In this document: one piece after another, positions 9,725-19,917 of the stretch
Layout: each line of letters starts with the position of its first letter
Position numbering within the stretch: the stretch's first letter is position 1
Origin: Clostridia bacterium
Lineage (GTDB): Bacteria > Bacillota > Clostridia > JAAYHZ01
Reading direction: 5' to 3'
Length of the DNA stretch: 64,000 nt
Assembly (NCBI GenBank): GCA_050950825.1
Contig: JBMNIH010000001.1
Span: forward strand, 1-64,000
Notes under the pieces: model-generated
The model's input: only the letters and a program-made list of their open reading frames with translations
The model's database searches: none
What the model was told of the DNA's origin: nothing
Made by a program: the position numbers and the translations under genes

Positions 9725-11239
9725 TTAATCACCCGTCGTCGTGGTCGCGGAAGTCGTTTCTTTCGGCAGCGGCGGTATGATCAGTTTCTGTCCGATCTGC
9801 AGCTTAGTCGGGTCGCTAATATTGTTCGCTTCCATGATTAAATGGTATTTATTCTGGTCATTGTAATATAGCATACTTATGTGGGATAAGGTTTCTCCCG
9901 ACTTCACCGTATGGATGATTTCCTCTTCGGTTATTGGCGGCATGGTATATTGAGGAGTACTTGTGACGGTTCCTCCGGATACGGTTGTACCGCCGCTTGT
10001 CACGGCGTTTGTAGTTGTTTCCTTCGTTTCATCCTTTTTCGTCGTCGTTTTCCCGCCTGTTTCGATATCATCGGTGGATACGTTTTCACTGTGTACGGGA
10101 GGCACCACATTATCGGAAAATACCAAGGAAGCCAAATGAACCAATCCGATTACAACACCGGACAAAAAGGCGATAATGACGATGATGGTGAAAATACGGC
10201 TTGTGAAATAGGCGAGTACGTGGCTCTTTTCCCCGGGTTTTCTTTTCAAGGGCTCCACTCTTCGCGTTGCACCCATTTGGTCCGCCTCTTCTTCCGCATC
10301 GGTAATACCCGCATACCTTCCCTCGTTGATGTCCGGAATTCGGATCGTACGAGCCTCATCCGGTTTTTTTGCGGTTGAAGGCGCTTTTTTCTCCTCTTTC
10401 TTTTCGGTCTTAGGCGGAACGCTCTTCGTTTTGGTTTTCTCCGTAGAAACCTTCTTTTTCGGAGGAGTCGGGCATTGAGGATAATCGATTTTTATAACGG
10501 TTACGGAATAATCCTTGTTTGCATCCTCGTAAACGGCTTCTTCCATGAGGAAATTGGCAATTGGTTCCGGTTCTCGTAAGGATTCGATACAGTTTTCTAC
10601 GTCCAGCTCGTCGAAATATTCCGCCATACTCGTGTTCATTAAAATGAATATGCCTTCTTTTATCAATCGGACCGGCTTGGAGATATGAATTTGGGAAGCG
10701 GCTTTTAAAATGTCTTCCCGCACCAAATCCGCTTGCTCATCGGAGATGACACCCATTTTAATGAGCTTGTCCGGGTTTTTAGCCATGGGGGTCATGGATA
10801 TCATGTTGATGGAATCGTAATAATAGGCGCTTTGAAGGCCGTTATTCACACAAACCCCGTATTCCCCGTCCAAATACAAGGCCAGATAGGAAACATGGGG
10901 TGATCCTTTCTTCGATGCATTGATATCAACCAAATCCTGAATGGTGTCGGAAATTAACGAAATGGAATCTTCAAGGTTCAAATCCTCTTTTACGATTTTT
11001 TTATCGCAGCGTTCGAAGGTTTCCAATCCCTTCATTTCGGAGGATTTTAAAATCTCATCGCTTTCCTCGATTAAGGCGCATAGAAAGCGGTCGGTCACTT
11101 TTTCAAGCGTGAAATTTTGCTTTTCGGTTCCTGCGTTATACGCCGATTTTTCATTTATGTATAAATCCGGGTTCGTTCCTTCCGGATTGTGGTTACCGTA
11201 TTTAACGGATGATACTGTTATTTTTAATTTTGTCCTCAT
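9725..11239 (-). CDS. Membrane protein: degenerate PP2C-like N-domain, one TM helix, Thr-rich linker, C-terminal LysM
   Basis: LysM HTVKSGETLSHIS...IMEANNISDPTKLQIGQKLIIP; TM IFTIIVIIAFLSGVVIGLV; N-terminal ~250 aa follow PP2C motif spacing. Confidence 0.75.
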   Translation of the reverse strand: MRTKLKITVSSVKYGNHNPEGTNPDLYINEKSAYNAGTEKQNFTLEKVTDRFLCALIEESDEILKSSEMKGLETFERCDKKIVKEDLNLEDSISLISDTIQDLVDINASKKGSPHVSYLALYLDGEYGVCVNNGLQSAYYYDSINMISMTPMAKNPDKLIKMGVISDEQADLVREDILKAASQIHISKPVRLIKEGIFILMNTSMAEYFDELDVENCIESLREPEPIANFLMEEAVYEDANKDYSVTVIKIDYPQCPTPPKKKVSTEKTKTKSVPPKTEKKEEKKAPSTAKKPDEARTIRIPDINEGRYAGITDAEEEADQMGATRRVEPLKRKPGEKSHVLAYFTSRIFTIIVIIAFLSGVVIGLVHLASLVFSDNVVPPVHSENVSTDDIETGGKTTTKKDETKETTTNAVTSGGTTVSGGTVTSTPQYTMPPITEEEIIHTVKSGETLSHISMLYYNDQNKYHLIMEANNISDPTKLQIGQKLIIPPLPKETTSATTTTGD

Positions 11240-11350
11240 TGATCTCACCCTTAAACAGAATTTAACTCGTACATGTAAATATTAACACAGATTGTGGTAT
11301 CAGGCAATAAAATAGATTTAATATATTATTCCGCAATTCTTCTTTGCTTT

Positions 11351-11971
11351 TTACGGGTTTTCTCGAAAAATCTCTTCACTGCCTTCGATTTTTTTAATAA
11401 TCGCTTCCGTTTTTCGACTCAAATCCTCCAAGGTTTCCGTATTTTCTATGATGTAATCGGCGATACGAAAATACTCGTCATCACTCATTTGGTTTTTCAT
11501 GACGGACCGAATTCTTTCTTCGCTCATATTTGGATTTCGAGCCTTGATCAAGTCCAATCTTTTATTCAACGGAGCCCAAACCGTTACTACTATATCCACG
11601 ATGTCTAAAAAGCCTTTTTCAACCGGCAAAGGGCAATCGTAAGCAATACGGTGTAAGCCTTTTTCTTTAAGGTCTTCTATTTCCTTTAAAGCGATTTCTC
11701 TCACCGCTTTATGAGTAATACGGTTCAATTTCGCCAGCTTTTCCGAGTCGTTAAAGACAATTTCGGCTAATTTCGAACGGTTTATTCGGCCGTCTTCATA
11801 AAGAATACCTTGTCCGAAGCAATTGACGGCTTCATGATACGTTTCGGTTCCGTACTCCAACATGTTTCTTGCAATTTTGTCGGCATCCACAATAGAATAA
11901 CCGAACTTGTGAAAAATTTTCGTTACGGTGGATTTTCCGGAACCGATCCCCCCCGTGATTCCGACGATCAT
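11351..11971 (-). CDS. coaE: Dephospho-CoA kinase
   Basis: GITGGIGSGKST, DADKIA, INRSKLA; start chosen at the GGAGG RBS. Confidence 0.93.
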   Translation of the reverse strand: MIVGITGGIGSGKSTVTKIFHKFGYSIVDADKIARNMLEYGTETYHEAVNCFGQGILYEDGRINRSKLAEIVFNDSEKLAKLNRITHKAVREIALKEIEDLKEKGLHRIAYDCPLPVEKGFLDIVDIVVTVWAPLNKRLDLIKARNPNMSEERIRSVMKNQMSDDEYFRIADYIIENTETLEDLSRKTEAIIKKIEGSEEIFRENP

Positions 11972-11997
11972 ATTTCCTCCGTTCATATCTATCATAT

Positions 11998-14670
11998 TTA
12001 CTTCGTATCAAACCAACTCTTTCCGATATTGACGTCAACCGATAATTTTGTTTTCAATTTGACGGCAGATTCCATACATTCTTTGAGAAGTACGGCTACT
12101 TGTTCCGCCTCTTCCGGTTCCGCTTCGATTATCAGCTCGTCGTGAACCTGCAGAATCAGTTTCGACTTTAAACCTAACTCTTTTAGCTTTTTGTACACCT
12201 TCACCATGGCCACTTTGATGATGTCGGCGGCACTGCCTTGTATGGGTGCGTTCATGGCCACCCTCTCACCGAACATTCTTATCTGTTTATTGGACGAATT
12301 CAATTCGTCAATGTATCTTCGTCTGTGTAAAATGGTTTCCACATATCCTTTTTCATAAGCGGATGCAACGACTTCCTTCATGTAAGAAGCCACGCCGTTG
12401 TAGTGCTCCAAATAATCGTCGATATATTTTTTCGCTTCTTTGATGGACACCTTTAAGTCTTCGGACAAGCTGAATTCGCCTATGCCGTACACAATACCGA
12501 AGTTAACCGCTTTTGCTCGGGAACGCTGTTCATAGGTCACTTCCTCCGGTTCCACGCCGAACACCTTGGCTGCGGTAATACGGTGAATGTCCATATCATT
12601 GGCAAAAGCCTCTTGCATGGCTTTATCGTCGGCAATATGAGAAAGTACGCGAAGCTCAATCTGTGAATAATCCGCATCCACCAAAACCTTGTCGCCGTAT
12701 GCGGTAAATGCTTTTCGGATATTGCGGCCTTCTTCCGTTCGAACGGGAATGTTCTGTAAATTCGGTTCGGTGCTGCTCAGCCGCCCGGTTACCGTTACGT
12801 CTTGCTTGAACACGGTATGAATTCTTTGGGTTTTCGGATTGACAAGGCTTAACATGGCATCCACGTAAGTGCTTTTTAGCTTCACCAATTGGCGGTATTC
12901 CAAGATATGCTCGATGATTTCGTGGCGATATCTTAATTTTTCCAAAACGCCGGCATCCGTAGAATACCCGCTTTTGGTCTTTTTTACGGCGGGAAGTTTT
13001 AATTCCTCGAATAAAACTTGCCCTAATTGCTTCGGAGAATTGATATTGAATTCATGACCGGCAATCGTATAGATGCTTAACATCAATTTTTCAATTCGTT
13101 TTTCAAGATCGATTCCGTATTCGGTTAAAGCTTCTTTATCCAAGTAAAAGCCGGTGTATTCCATAAAGGCCAAAACCGTAATCAAAGGAATCTCCACGTT
13201 TTTAAACAAATCGTACTGATTGTTATTAAAAAGCTCTTCGAAAAGCTTGTCCTTGAGCAAAGTCATGGCATAAGCCTCTTGGGCCAACGCTCCTGCCTTT
13301 TGCAGCAGAATATCGTCTCCGCAATCGGTTTTTCCGATCTCGGAGCCGGTGTATTTGCCGTATAGGGTTTTTATGGAATAATCCTTTGAGGAAGGATCCA
13401 AAAGATAAGCGGCGATTAATAAATCAAATGCCTGTTGTTCTTCTATGATCTCAAACCAAGACAAAGCCAAATACAGCTGCTTTAAATCGTATCCTAAAAG
13501 AGGACATCCGGACGAGATTTTTTCTCTTAACAGGCATACGACCTTATCATAGATCGCATCGTCGGTTTCACAGTCCGAATCCGCCAAACGTCGGGGATCT
13601 ACGTAATAAGAGCCTTGATTTGTATGGATGCAAAAATCCGTTATTTTAACAAAAGGATGATCCTTTGCGTCCGTTTTCACAAGAATGTTCAATTCCGTCA
13701 AAGAATCTAAGAGAGAACAAAGCTCTTTTACGGACGCTATAATCGAAACGGGACACGAAAAAGCGTCTTCTTCCTTGCTTTCCGCCGTTTCCTGTAAACC
13801 TAAACGTTGAATCAACGAATTGAATTCCAGGTCTTTAAAAAGCTTAAAAAGACGCTTACGGTCATAATCTTTAAGAGTAGCATCATCTAATGTAAAACCG
13901 TGGTCGGTTTCGGTATCGATTTTGGCAAGTTCGTAGCTAAGATAAGCCTCGTCCTTGTGTTCCGTTAATTTTTGCTTCACGGAAGGCGGTTTTATTTCCT
14001 CGATATGACGATACACTTCGTCTAAGGATCCGTATTCGCCGATTAATTTTAATGCGGTTTTTTCGCCTATTCCGAGAACTCCGGGAATGTTATCCGATTT
14101 GTCCCCCATCAATGCTTTCACATCGATCATTTGCTCCGGCTTCAGCCCGTATTTTTCCGTGAAGGATTCCAGATCGATAAACTCGGTTCCGGAAACTCCT
14201 TTTCTAATCACCGGCAGTTTTACGGATACGTTCGGATCGATCAGTTGGTAAGCATCACGGTCGCCGGTGAGTATCACCGTTTTGTATCCTTGCTTGCCGA
14301 ATTTTTTACATATGGAGCCGATGATATCGTCCGCTTCATAGCCGTCCTTTTCAATGATGCAGACGTTCATAGCCGATAATACGTCTTTTAGAACGGGAAA
14401 TTGAACGGCCATCTCGTCCGGCATTCCGGTTCGATTGGCCTTATAGAGGTCGTATTGCTCATGACGGAAGGTTTTTCCCTTTCGATCGAAAGCCACGCAT
14501 ACATGGGTCGGCTGCTCTTCGTTCAAATTTTTAAAATAGATGTTCAAAAAGCCGAATATGGCATTGGTGTATAAACCGGAGGATGTTTTCAAAAGATCCC
14601 CCGTACTGCCTAAGCCGTAAAAGGCTCGATTGAAAATGCTGTTTCCGTCTATGAGCAACAATTTTTGCAT
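11998..14670 (-). CDS. polA: DNA polymerase I
   Basis: 5'-3' exonuclease LLIDGNS/EADD; polymerase motifs DYSQIELR, AKAVNFGIVYG, LQVHDEL. Confidence 0.97.
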   Translation of the reverse strand: MQKLLLIDGNSIFNRAFYGLGSTGDLLKTSSGLYTNAIFGFLNIYFKNLNEEQPTHVCVAFDRKGKTFRHEQYDLYKANRTGMPDEMAVQFPVLKDVLSAMNVCIIEKDGYEADDIIGSICKKFGKQGYKTVILTGDRDAYQLIDPNVSVKLPVIRKGVSGTEFIDLESFTEKYGLKPEQMIDVKALMGDKSDNIPGVLGIGEKTALKLIGEYGSLDEVYRHIEEIKPPSVKQKLTEHKDEAYLSYELAKIDTETDHGFTLDDATLKDYDRKRLFKLFKDLEFNSLIQRLGLQETAESKEEDAFSCPVSIIASVKELCSLLDSLTELNILVKTDAKDHPFVKITDFCIHTNQGSYYVDPRRLADSDCETDDAIYDKVVCLLREKISSGCPLLGYDLKQLYLALSWFEIIEEQQAFDLLIAAYLLDPSSKDYSIKTLYGKYTGSEIGKTDCGDDILLQKAGALAQEAYAMTLLKDKLFEELFNNNQYDLFKNVEIPLITVLAFMEYTGFYLDKEALTEYGIDLEKRIEKLMLSIYTIAGHEFNINSPKQLGQVLFEELKLPAVKKTKSGYSTDAGVLEKLRYRHEIIEHILEYRQLVKLKSTYVDAMLSLVNPKTQRIHTVFKQDVTVTGRLSSTEPNLQNIPVRTEEGRNIRKAFTAYGDKVLVDADYSQIELRVLSHIADDKAMQEAFANDMDIHRITAAKVFGVEPEEVTYEQRSRAKAVNFGIVYGIGEFSLSEDLKVSIKEAKKYIDDYLEHYNGVASYMKEVVASAYEKGYVETILHRRRYIDELNSSNKQIRMFGERVAMNAPIQGSAADIIKVAMVKVYKKLKELGLKSKLILQVHDELIIEAEPEEAEQVAVLLKECMESAVKLKTKLSVDVNIGKSWFDTK

Positions 14671-14705
14671 ATGATTTTCTCCGATCCATTCCCTTTGTAA
14701 TACGA

Positions 14706-15740
14706 CTAGCCTTCGCTTATTTCAACGGTAACGTTGGCATACTGAACTTCATTTTCTAATTGTACCAGTCTGTTGTTCATTTTGTCCAGTTCATTTTCCT
14801 TTTCATCCAAAAGGGCTTTGTTCGACGGTTGATTTTCCTTTATATTCTCAATTTGGTTATTCAAATCCTCAATGATTTCCCTTATTTGTTGAACCTCGTA
14901 TCCATAGTCTATGATCGATAATTCGTTTTCGATATACCCCGATACCAATCCCGCTTTCTTTAAAGCCAAGAGCTCTTGGGTAAAGGAGCTATAATTTTGA
15001 CTTGGCAATGATATGGTCAATACCAAGCTGTTTCCATTTACCGTCTTGTCTTCCGCAGGATCGTTCCATCCTTGGTAGCTTTGGGCGATATTACGTACTT
15101 TTTCGGCGATATCCTCTTTTTGATCGGTGATAAGGGCGATCTTGTAATTTTTCTGTTCGTACGTCATGGGTCTTGCCGTGAAAAACCGAATCGGTTCCGA
15201 TTTCTCTTCATCGTTCTTTGCTTCCTCTGAAGGAGCCGTTGCAGCTACGGTGGTTTCCAAAGCCATGGCTATCGTTTCTTCTTTTGTACCGTCATTTATA
15301 TCGTATCTCTTCATATCCATTGCGAACAAGTTTTGCTCCGCCGTACGATCGGATTCGGATCGGGGCGGCAGAAGACGCTGTCCTCCGAGGATAACACCAA
15401 AAACAATCAACAGGCACGCGGCCAAAGTGCCCGCTGTCTGCAAAACCTTTCGAAAGACGGGTTTACGGACTCTTTCTTTTTTCTCAAACGGGATGATTTC
15501 CGCCTCTTTTTTCTCCGCGGTACAAGCCATCAAAGACTCTTTCAAACGATCATGGAACAATGGAGGAAGGTCAATTTGCCTGACGGATTGCAGCAAATGA
15601 ACGGTATCCTGCATTTCATTCAATCGGGTTCTGCAAAGATCGCAGGATTCGGCATGATTCTCAAATTGCTGTTTAATTTTTCCGCTTAAGTTGCCGTCGA
15701 TATATTCGCATATCCGCAGTCCAAATTTCTTACAGTTCAT
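14706..15740 (-). CDS. Anti-sigma factor (zf-HC2, TM, extracytoplasmic DUF4349-like domain)
   Basis: N-terminal C...HAESCDLC zinc motif and TM helix, directly after an ECF sigma. Confidence 0.8.
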   Translation of the reverse strand: MNCKKFGLRICEYIDGNLSGKIKQQFENHAESCDLCRTRLNEMQDTVHLLQSVRQIDLPPLFHDRLKESLMACTAEKKEAEIIPFEKKERVRKPVFRKVLQTAGTLAACLLIVFGVILGGQRLLPPRSESDRTAEQNLFAMDMKRYDINDGTKEETIAMALETTVAATAPSEEAKNDEEKSEPIRFFTARPMTYEQKNYKIALITDQKEDIAEKVRNIAQSYQGWNDPAEDKTVNGNSLVLTISLPSQNYSSFTQELLALKKAGLVSGYIENELSIIDYGYEVQQIREIIEDLNNQIENIKENQPSNKALLDEKENELDKMNNRLVQLENEVQYANVTVEISEG

Positions 15741-15772
15741 TAACCTTTTTGCCTCCTTTCCTGTGTATATAC

Positions 15773-16369
15773 TTATTTGACGATATAATCATTAAAAAGT
15801 TCCCCGTTTTTTTGTATAAGTTCTTTCAGAGCCATTCTTCCGCGGTTTATTCTCGATTTTACGGTTCCCATACCGACACCCGTAATCTCCGAAATTTCTT
15901 GGTAAGAAAAGCCTTGTATATCTCTTAAAATGATGGCCATTTTTTGGTCATCCGGCAATAGGGCCAGCATGCTTTGCATCAATTGGCTGATTTCCGCCGT
16001 TTCCGCCATATCGACGGGATCGTTTTGATCCCCCGGTATTTGCAGCTCCAATTCCTCGTTATCATATTGTATGGTTTTATCGATAGAATCGGTGATTTTA
16101 TTTTGCTTTGCTCGCACGAAGTCTATGCAGGTATTGTTTATGATTCGATACAGCCAGGTGGAAAAAGAAGATTGCCCTTTGAATTTTTTTATGCTGCGAA
16201 AAGCGCGTAAAAAAGCTTCCTGAGTAATGTCTTCCGCATCATCAGCATTCTTTAAAAAACGATATGCGATATTGAAGGCCTTTCGTTCATGTTCCCTTAT
16301 TAACATTTCAAAGGCATCAACATCACCTTTTCTCGCTTTCTCAAGCAAGATTTTTTCGAATTCACTCAT
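15773..16369 (-). CDS. ECF RNA polymerase sigma factor (SigW-like)
   Basis: DAEDITQEAF, FSTWLYRI, SYQEISE...GTVKSRINRGR. Confidence 0.93.
   Translation of the reverse strand: MSEFEKILLEKARKGDVDAFEMLIREHERKAFNIAYRFLKNADDAEDITQEAFLRAFRSIKKFKGQSSFSTWLYRIINNTCIDFVRAKQNKITDSIDKTIQYDNEELELQIPGDQNDPVDMAETAEISQLMQSMLALLPDDQKMAIILRDIQGFSYQEISEITGVGMGTVKSRINRGRMALKELIQKNGELFNDYIVK
15777..15803 (-). promoter_or_regulatory. Candidate ECF promoter within the 3' end of the sigma gene
   Basis: GGAAC-16 bp-CGTCAA, about 40 bp upstream of the anti-sigma start. Confidence 0.6.
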
Positions 16370-16438
16370 TTGTAACCCCCTATGGGCACTTCTGCTCTAA
16401 TATTTTACATTGTCTTTTTTATTGCGTTGCATTCTGCA

Positions 16439-17188
16439 TCAAATTTCTCCGCACCTTTTTTTAAACTCTTCGTATTCTTTCAATACTTTCGGTTCAAGTT
16501 TCAATTTTTCAAACATATCCGGTCGGTTGCGTTCCGTTATCATTAAGCTTTGAAAATACCGCCACTTCTTGATATTCACATGATGTCCGGATAAAAGGAC
16601 ATCCGGTACCTTTCGACCCAATATTTCATAAGGTCTTGTATACTGGGGATACTCCAGCAGACCGTCGTAGTGGGACTCGTTTTCGTATCCGGCCTCCTCC
16701 GCCAACACACCGGGTACCAATCGGCTTACGGCATCGATCAAAACCATTGCCGGAAGCTCTCCCCCGGTCAACACGAAATCGCCGATGGAAATCTCCATAT
16801 CCACGATTTCATCGATGACCCTTTGGTCGATTCCCTCGTAATGTCCGCATAAAATCATAATCCGATCGTAGCCGGCTAAATCCTTTACGATTTCTTGATT
16901 CAATACTTTTCCTTTCGGAGACATGTATATGAAAATGCTTTTTTCTTCGGGTCGGATTTGACTTTTCACCTTTCGATACGTGTCGTATATCGGCTGAACG
17001 GTCATAATCATCCCTTCTCCGCCTCCGTAAGGATAATCGTCGGTTTTTTTATGTTTATCGATCGAGTTTTCCCTAATATCATGAGTCTCCAGAACAATAT
17101 GACCGTTTTGAATACCTCGGCCTACAATGCTTAAATTCATTACGTCGAAATATTCGGGAAATAGGGTTAAAACATCAAATCGGATCAT
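16439..17188 (-). CDS. trmD: tRNA (guanine-N1)-methyltransferase
   Basis: DDYPYGGGEGM, CGHYEGIDQR, SIGDFVLTGGE. Confidence 0.97.
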   Translation of the reverse strand: MIRFDVLTLFPEYFDVMNLSIVGRGIQNGHIVLETHDIRENSIDKHKKTDDYPYGGGEGMIMTVQPIYDTYRKVKSQIRPEEKSIFIYMSPKGKVLNQEIVKDLAGYDRIMILCGHYEGIDQRVIDEIVDMEISIGDFVLTGGELPAMVLIDAVSRLVPGVLAEEAGYENESHYDGLLEYPQYTRPYEILGRKVPDVLLSGHHVNIKKWRYFQSLMITERNRPDMFEKLKLEPKVLKEYEEFKKRCGEI

Positions 17189-17711
17189 CTCGTAATCCTT
17201 CCATTACATGAACGTCAATTCGGTTGTTCTCCAAATCCACATTCAAAATACATTCCTTTATGACCGGCAAAAGAAGCTCGCTACCGTCCAATTCTTCAAC
17301 CACATACACGTCATTGGCTCCGGTTTGAATTACATCTCTCAAAACGCCGATTTTTCTATCGTTCTCGTAGATATCGGCGTTAATCAAATCGCATATCAAG
17401 TATCTTCCTTCCGGCAATTTTACCGCGTTTTCTCTGTCCACGTATACGTTGTATTTTCTTAATAACTCGGCTGCATTCCTATCCTTGACGGGCTCCAGCT
17501 TCAAAAGAGGCATTCCTTTTACCAATCGCACGTTTTCAACGTCATATCGAATCGGTTCCGTGTCTTGCCCTTCTTTTCCTAGGAAAACATAATCCAAATC
17601 GTAAAAACGATCCGGATTGTCCGTCAACGGATAAATTTTTACTTCACCTTTTATACCGTGAACTCCTACAATGGTTCCTATTTGTATATATTTTAACATG
17701 TATCGCTTCAC
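17175..17711 (-). CDS. rimM: Ribosome maturation factor RimM (start may be ATG 17699)
   Basis: IGTIVGVHGIKGEVK, TGANDVYVV; gene context. Confidence 0.95.
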   Translation of the reverse strand: MKRYMLKYIQIGTIVGVHGIKGEVKIYPLTDNPDRFYDLDYVFLGKEGQDTEPIRYDVENVRLVKGMPLLKLEPVKDRNAAELLRKYNVYVDRENAVKLPEGRYLICDLINADIYENDRKIGVLRDVIQTGANDVYVVEELDGSELLLPVIKECILNVDLENNRIDVHVMEGLRDDPI

Positions 17712-17901
17712 ACACCATCATGAATTTTTCAATTTTTTCTTTTAAATTATCCATGTTCAAAAGAGTGTAAAAATACGCATATTCATATTATAGCATACTG
17801 TCCTAAGGGTTCAATATGAGAAATACGGTTTGAATAAAAGAGAAAAAGGATTGCCTCATTTGACAATCCCTTTTACAAGTTTTAATTTTTCATATCCTTT
17901 T

Positions 17902-18132
17902 TTATTGGATAATTTCTACGACCACTCTTTTGTTATCTTTTACCGCGGCTGCTTTAATCACGGTTCTAATCGCTTTGGCAATTCTGCCTTGCTTTCCGAT
18001 TACTTTACCCATGTCTTCTTCCGTAACCCTAAGCTCTAAAATTGTCGATTTTTCACCTACAACCTCGTTAACGGATACTTGTTCGGGATTATCTACCAGT
18101 GCTTTTGCTATGGTTTCAAGCAATTCTTTCAT
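17902..18132 (-). CDS. khpA: KH-domain RNA-binding protein KhpA/YlqC
   Basis: [17 protein letters not shown]; position between rpsP and rimM. Confidence 0.93.
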   Translation of the reverse strand: MKELLETIAKALVDNPEQVSVNEVVGEKSTILELRVTEEDMGKVIGKQGRIAKAIRTVIKAAAVKDNKRVVVEIIQ

Positions 18133-18232
18133 TTCATCATACCTCCCCGGTTGTTACTCTTATCTACACTATCTAATATTAATATATCTAATATGTGAAA
18201 AATATAAAAGTCCTATTCGTATCTTGCTCGGA

Positions 18233-18523
18233 TTATTCGGCCGATTCGGTTGCAACCGGTTCACCTGCATTTTTATCGGACGGGATGATACCGGATATCT
18301 TCAGTAAAGAGCGTACGGTATCCGTGGGCTGTGCTCCGTTCTTTATCCATTCGGCTGCTCTTTCCGAATTAATATCGACGGAATTATCCGAAGATTTCGG
18401 ATTGTATGAACCTAATTCTTCTATGACTTTGCCGTCTCTTGCATTGCGAGAGTCGGTTACGACAATGCGATAAAAAGGTTTTTTCTTAGAGCCTACTCTT
18501 TTCAGTCTGATTTTTACTGCCAT
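18233..18523 (-). CDS. rpsP: 30S ribosomal protein S16
   Basis: [22 protein letters not shown]; RBS GGAGG. Confidence 0.97.
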   Translation of the reverse strand: MAVKIRLKRVGSKKKPFYRIVVTDSRNARDGKVIEELGSYNPKSSDNSVDINSERAAEWIKNGAQPTDTVRSLLKISGIIPSDKNAGEPVATESAE

Positions 18524-18556
18524 TTGATACACCTCCTTGGTTGTTTATTCTATATG

Positions 18557-19900
18557 TCAAAAGGGAAACGGCATGTTTTTCATACCTTTTAGCCCTCTTT
18601 TGCCTTTTTTGTTCATCATCTTCATTAATTTATTGACCTGTTCAAAATCCTTCAAAAGCCTGTTTACATCCTGTACCTCGGTTCCGCTTCCGGATGCTAT
18701 TCTTTTTTTGCGGCTTGCGTTGATGATATCCGGGTTGCTGCGCTCTTTCTTGGTCATGGATTGAATAATGGCTTTTATTCTTTTTAGTCGGTTTTCGTCG
18801 ACGGAAAGTCCTTTCATGGCTTTTGAATCAAAGCCCGGTATCATCCCCAGCAGCTGATCCAAAGGCCCCATTTTCTGCATTTCTTCCATCTGTTCCAAAA
18901 AGTCGTTTAGATCGAACCCTTTGGACCTTAGCTTTTGTTCCATCTCCAAGGCCTTCTTTTCATCAAAGGATTCTTGGGCTTTCTCGATTAAGCTCAGCAC
19001 ATCCCCCATGCCCAATATCCTTGAGGCCATTCGGTCCGGATGGAAAGGCTCGATATCATTCAGCTTTTCACCGACGGAAGCGAATTTTATAGGTTTTCCC
19101 GTAACGGTTTTTACCGTTAACGCCGCTCCGCCGCGGGTATCTCCGTCCAATTTCGTGAGTATGATACCGTCAATTCCCAATTCCTCGCTGAAGGATTTGG
19201 CGACGTTTACCGCATCTTGACCGGTCATGGCATCTACAACCAAAAGAATCTCCATGGGCTTGACCTTGGCTTTCATGTCGCGCAGCTCCTGCATCAGCTC
19301 TTCATTGATGTGGAGTCGACCGGCGGTATCGATCAACACCGGATCGTATCCGTTTCTTTGGGCATGCTTTATGGCGTTCTCGGCGATGGCAACCGCGTTT
19401 TTATTATTCTCCTCCGCATACACGTCAATATTCAATTGGCTTCCTACCACTTGCAATTGCTTTATGGCTGCAGGGCGATAGATGTCGCAGGCGACCATCA
19501 AAGGCTTCTTGTTGTCCTTCCTTAAAAGATTGGCAATCTTTCCGCAGGAAGTGGTTTTACCGGATCCCTGAAGCCCTACAAGCATATACACCGTAGGCGG
19601 CTTCGAAGAATAGGTCAGTTTTGCAGTAGTTCCGCCTAACAGAGCCGTCATTTCATCGTAAACGATTTTTATAACCTGCTGTCCCGGCGTCAAGCTTTCC
19701 AGAACATCGCTTCCTAAAGCTTTTTCCGTAACGCTATTGGTAAAATCTTTGACGACTTTGTAGTTAACGTCAGCCTCCAAAAGAGCCATGCGGATTTCTC
19801 GCATCACTTCCTTGATGTCTTTTTCCGTGATTCGAACCTTCCCCTTCAGCTTGTTTACGATGTCCTGCAATTTTGAGGACAAACCTTCAAATATCGCCAA
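18557..19900 (-). CDS. ffh: Signal recognition particle protein
   Basis: GLQGSGKTT, DTAGR, TKLDGD, Met-rich M domain. Confidence 0.97.
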   Translation of the reverse strand: MAIFEGLSSKLQDIVNKLKGKVRITEKDIKEVMREIRMALLEADVNYKVVKDFTNSVTEKALGSDVLESLTPGQQVIKIVYDEMTALLGGTTAKLTYSSKPPTVYMLVGLQGSGKTTSCGKIANLLRKDNKKPLMVACDIYRPAAIKQLQVVGSQLNIDVYAEENNKNAVAIAENAIKHAQRNGYDPVLIDTAGRLHINEELMQELRDMKAKVKPMEILLVVDAMTGQDAVNVAKSFSEELGIDGIILTKLDGDTRGGAALTVKTVTGKPIKFASVGEKLNDIEPFHPDRMASRILGMGDVLSLIEKAQESFDEKKALEMEQKLRSKGFDLNDFLEQMEEMQKMGPLDQLLGMIPGFDSKAMKGLSVDENRLKRIKAIIQSMTKKERSNPDIINASRKKRIASGSGTEVQDVNRLLKDFEQVNKLMKMMNKKGKRGLKGMKNMPFPF

Positions 19901-19917
19901 ACCTTACACCATCCTTC

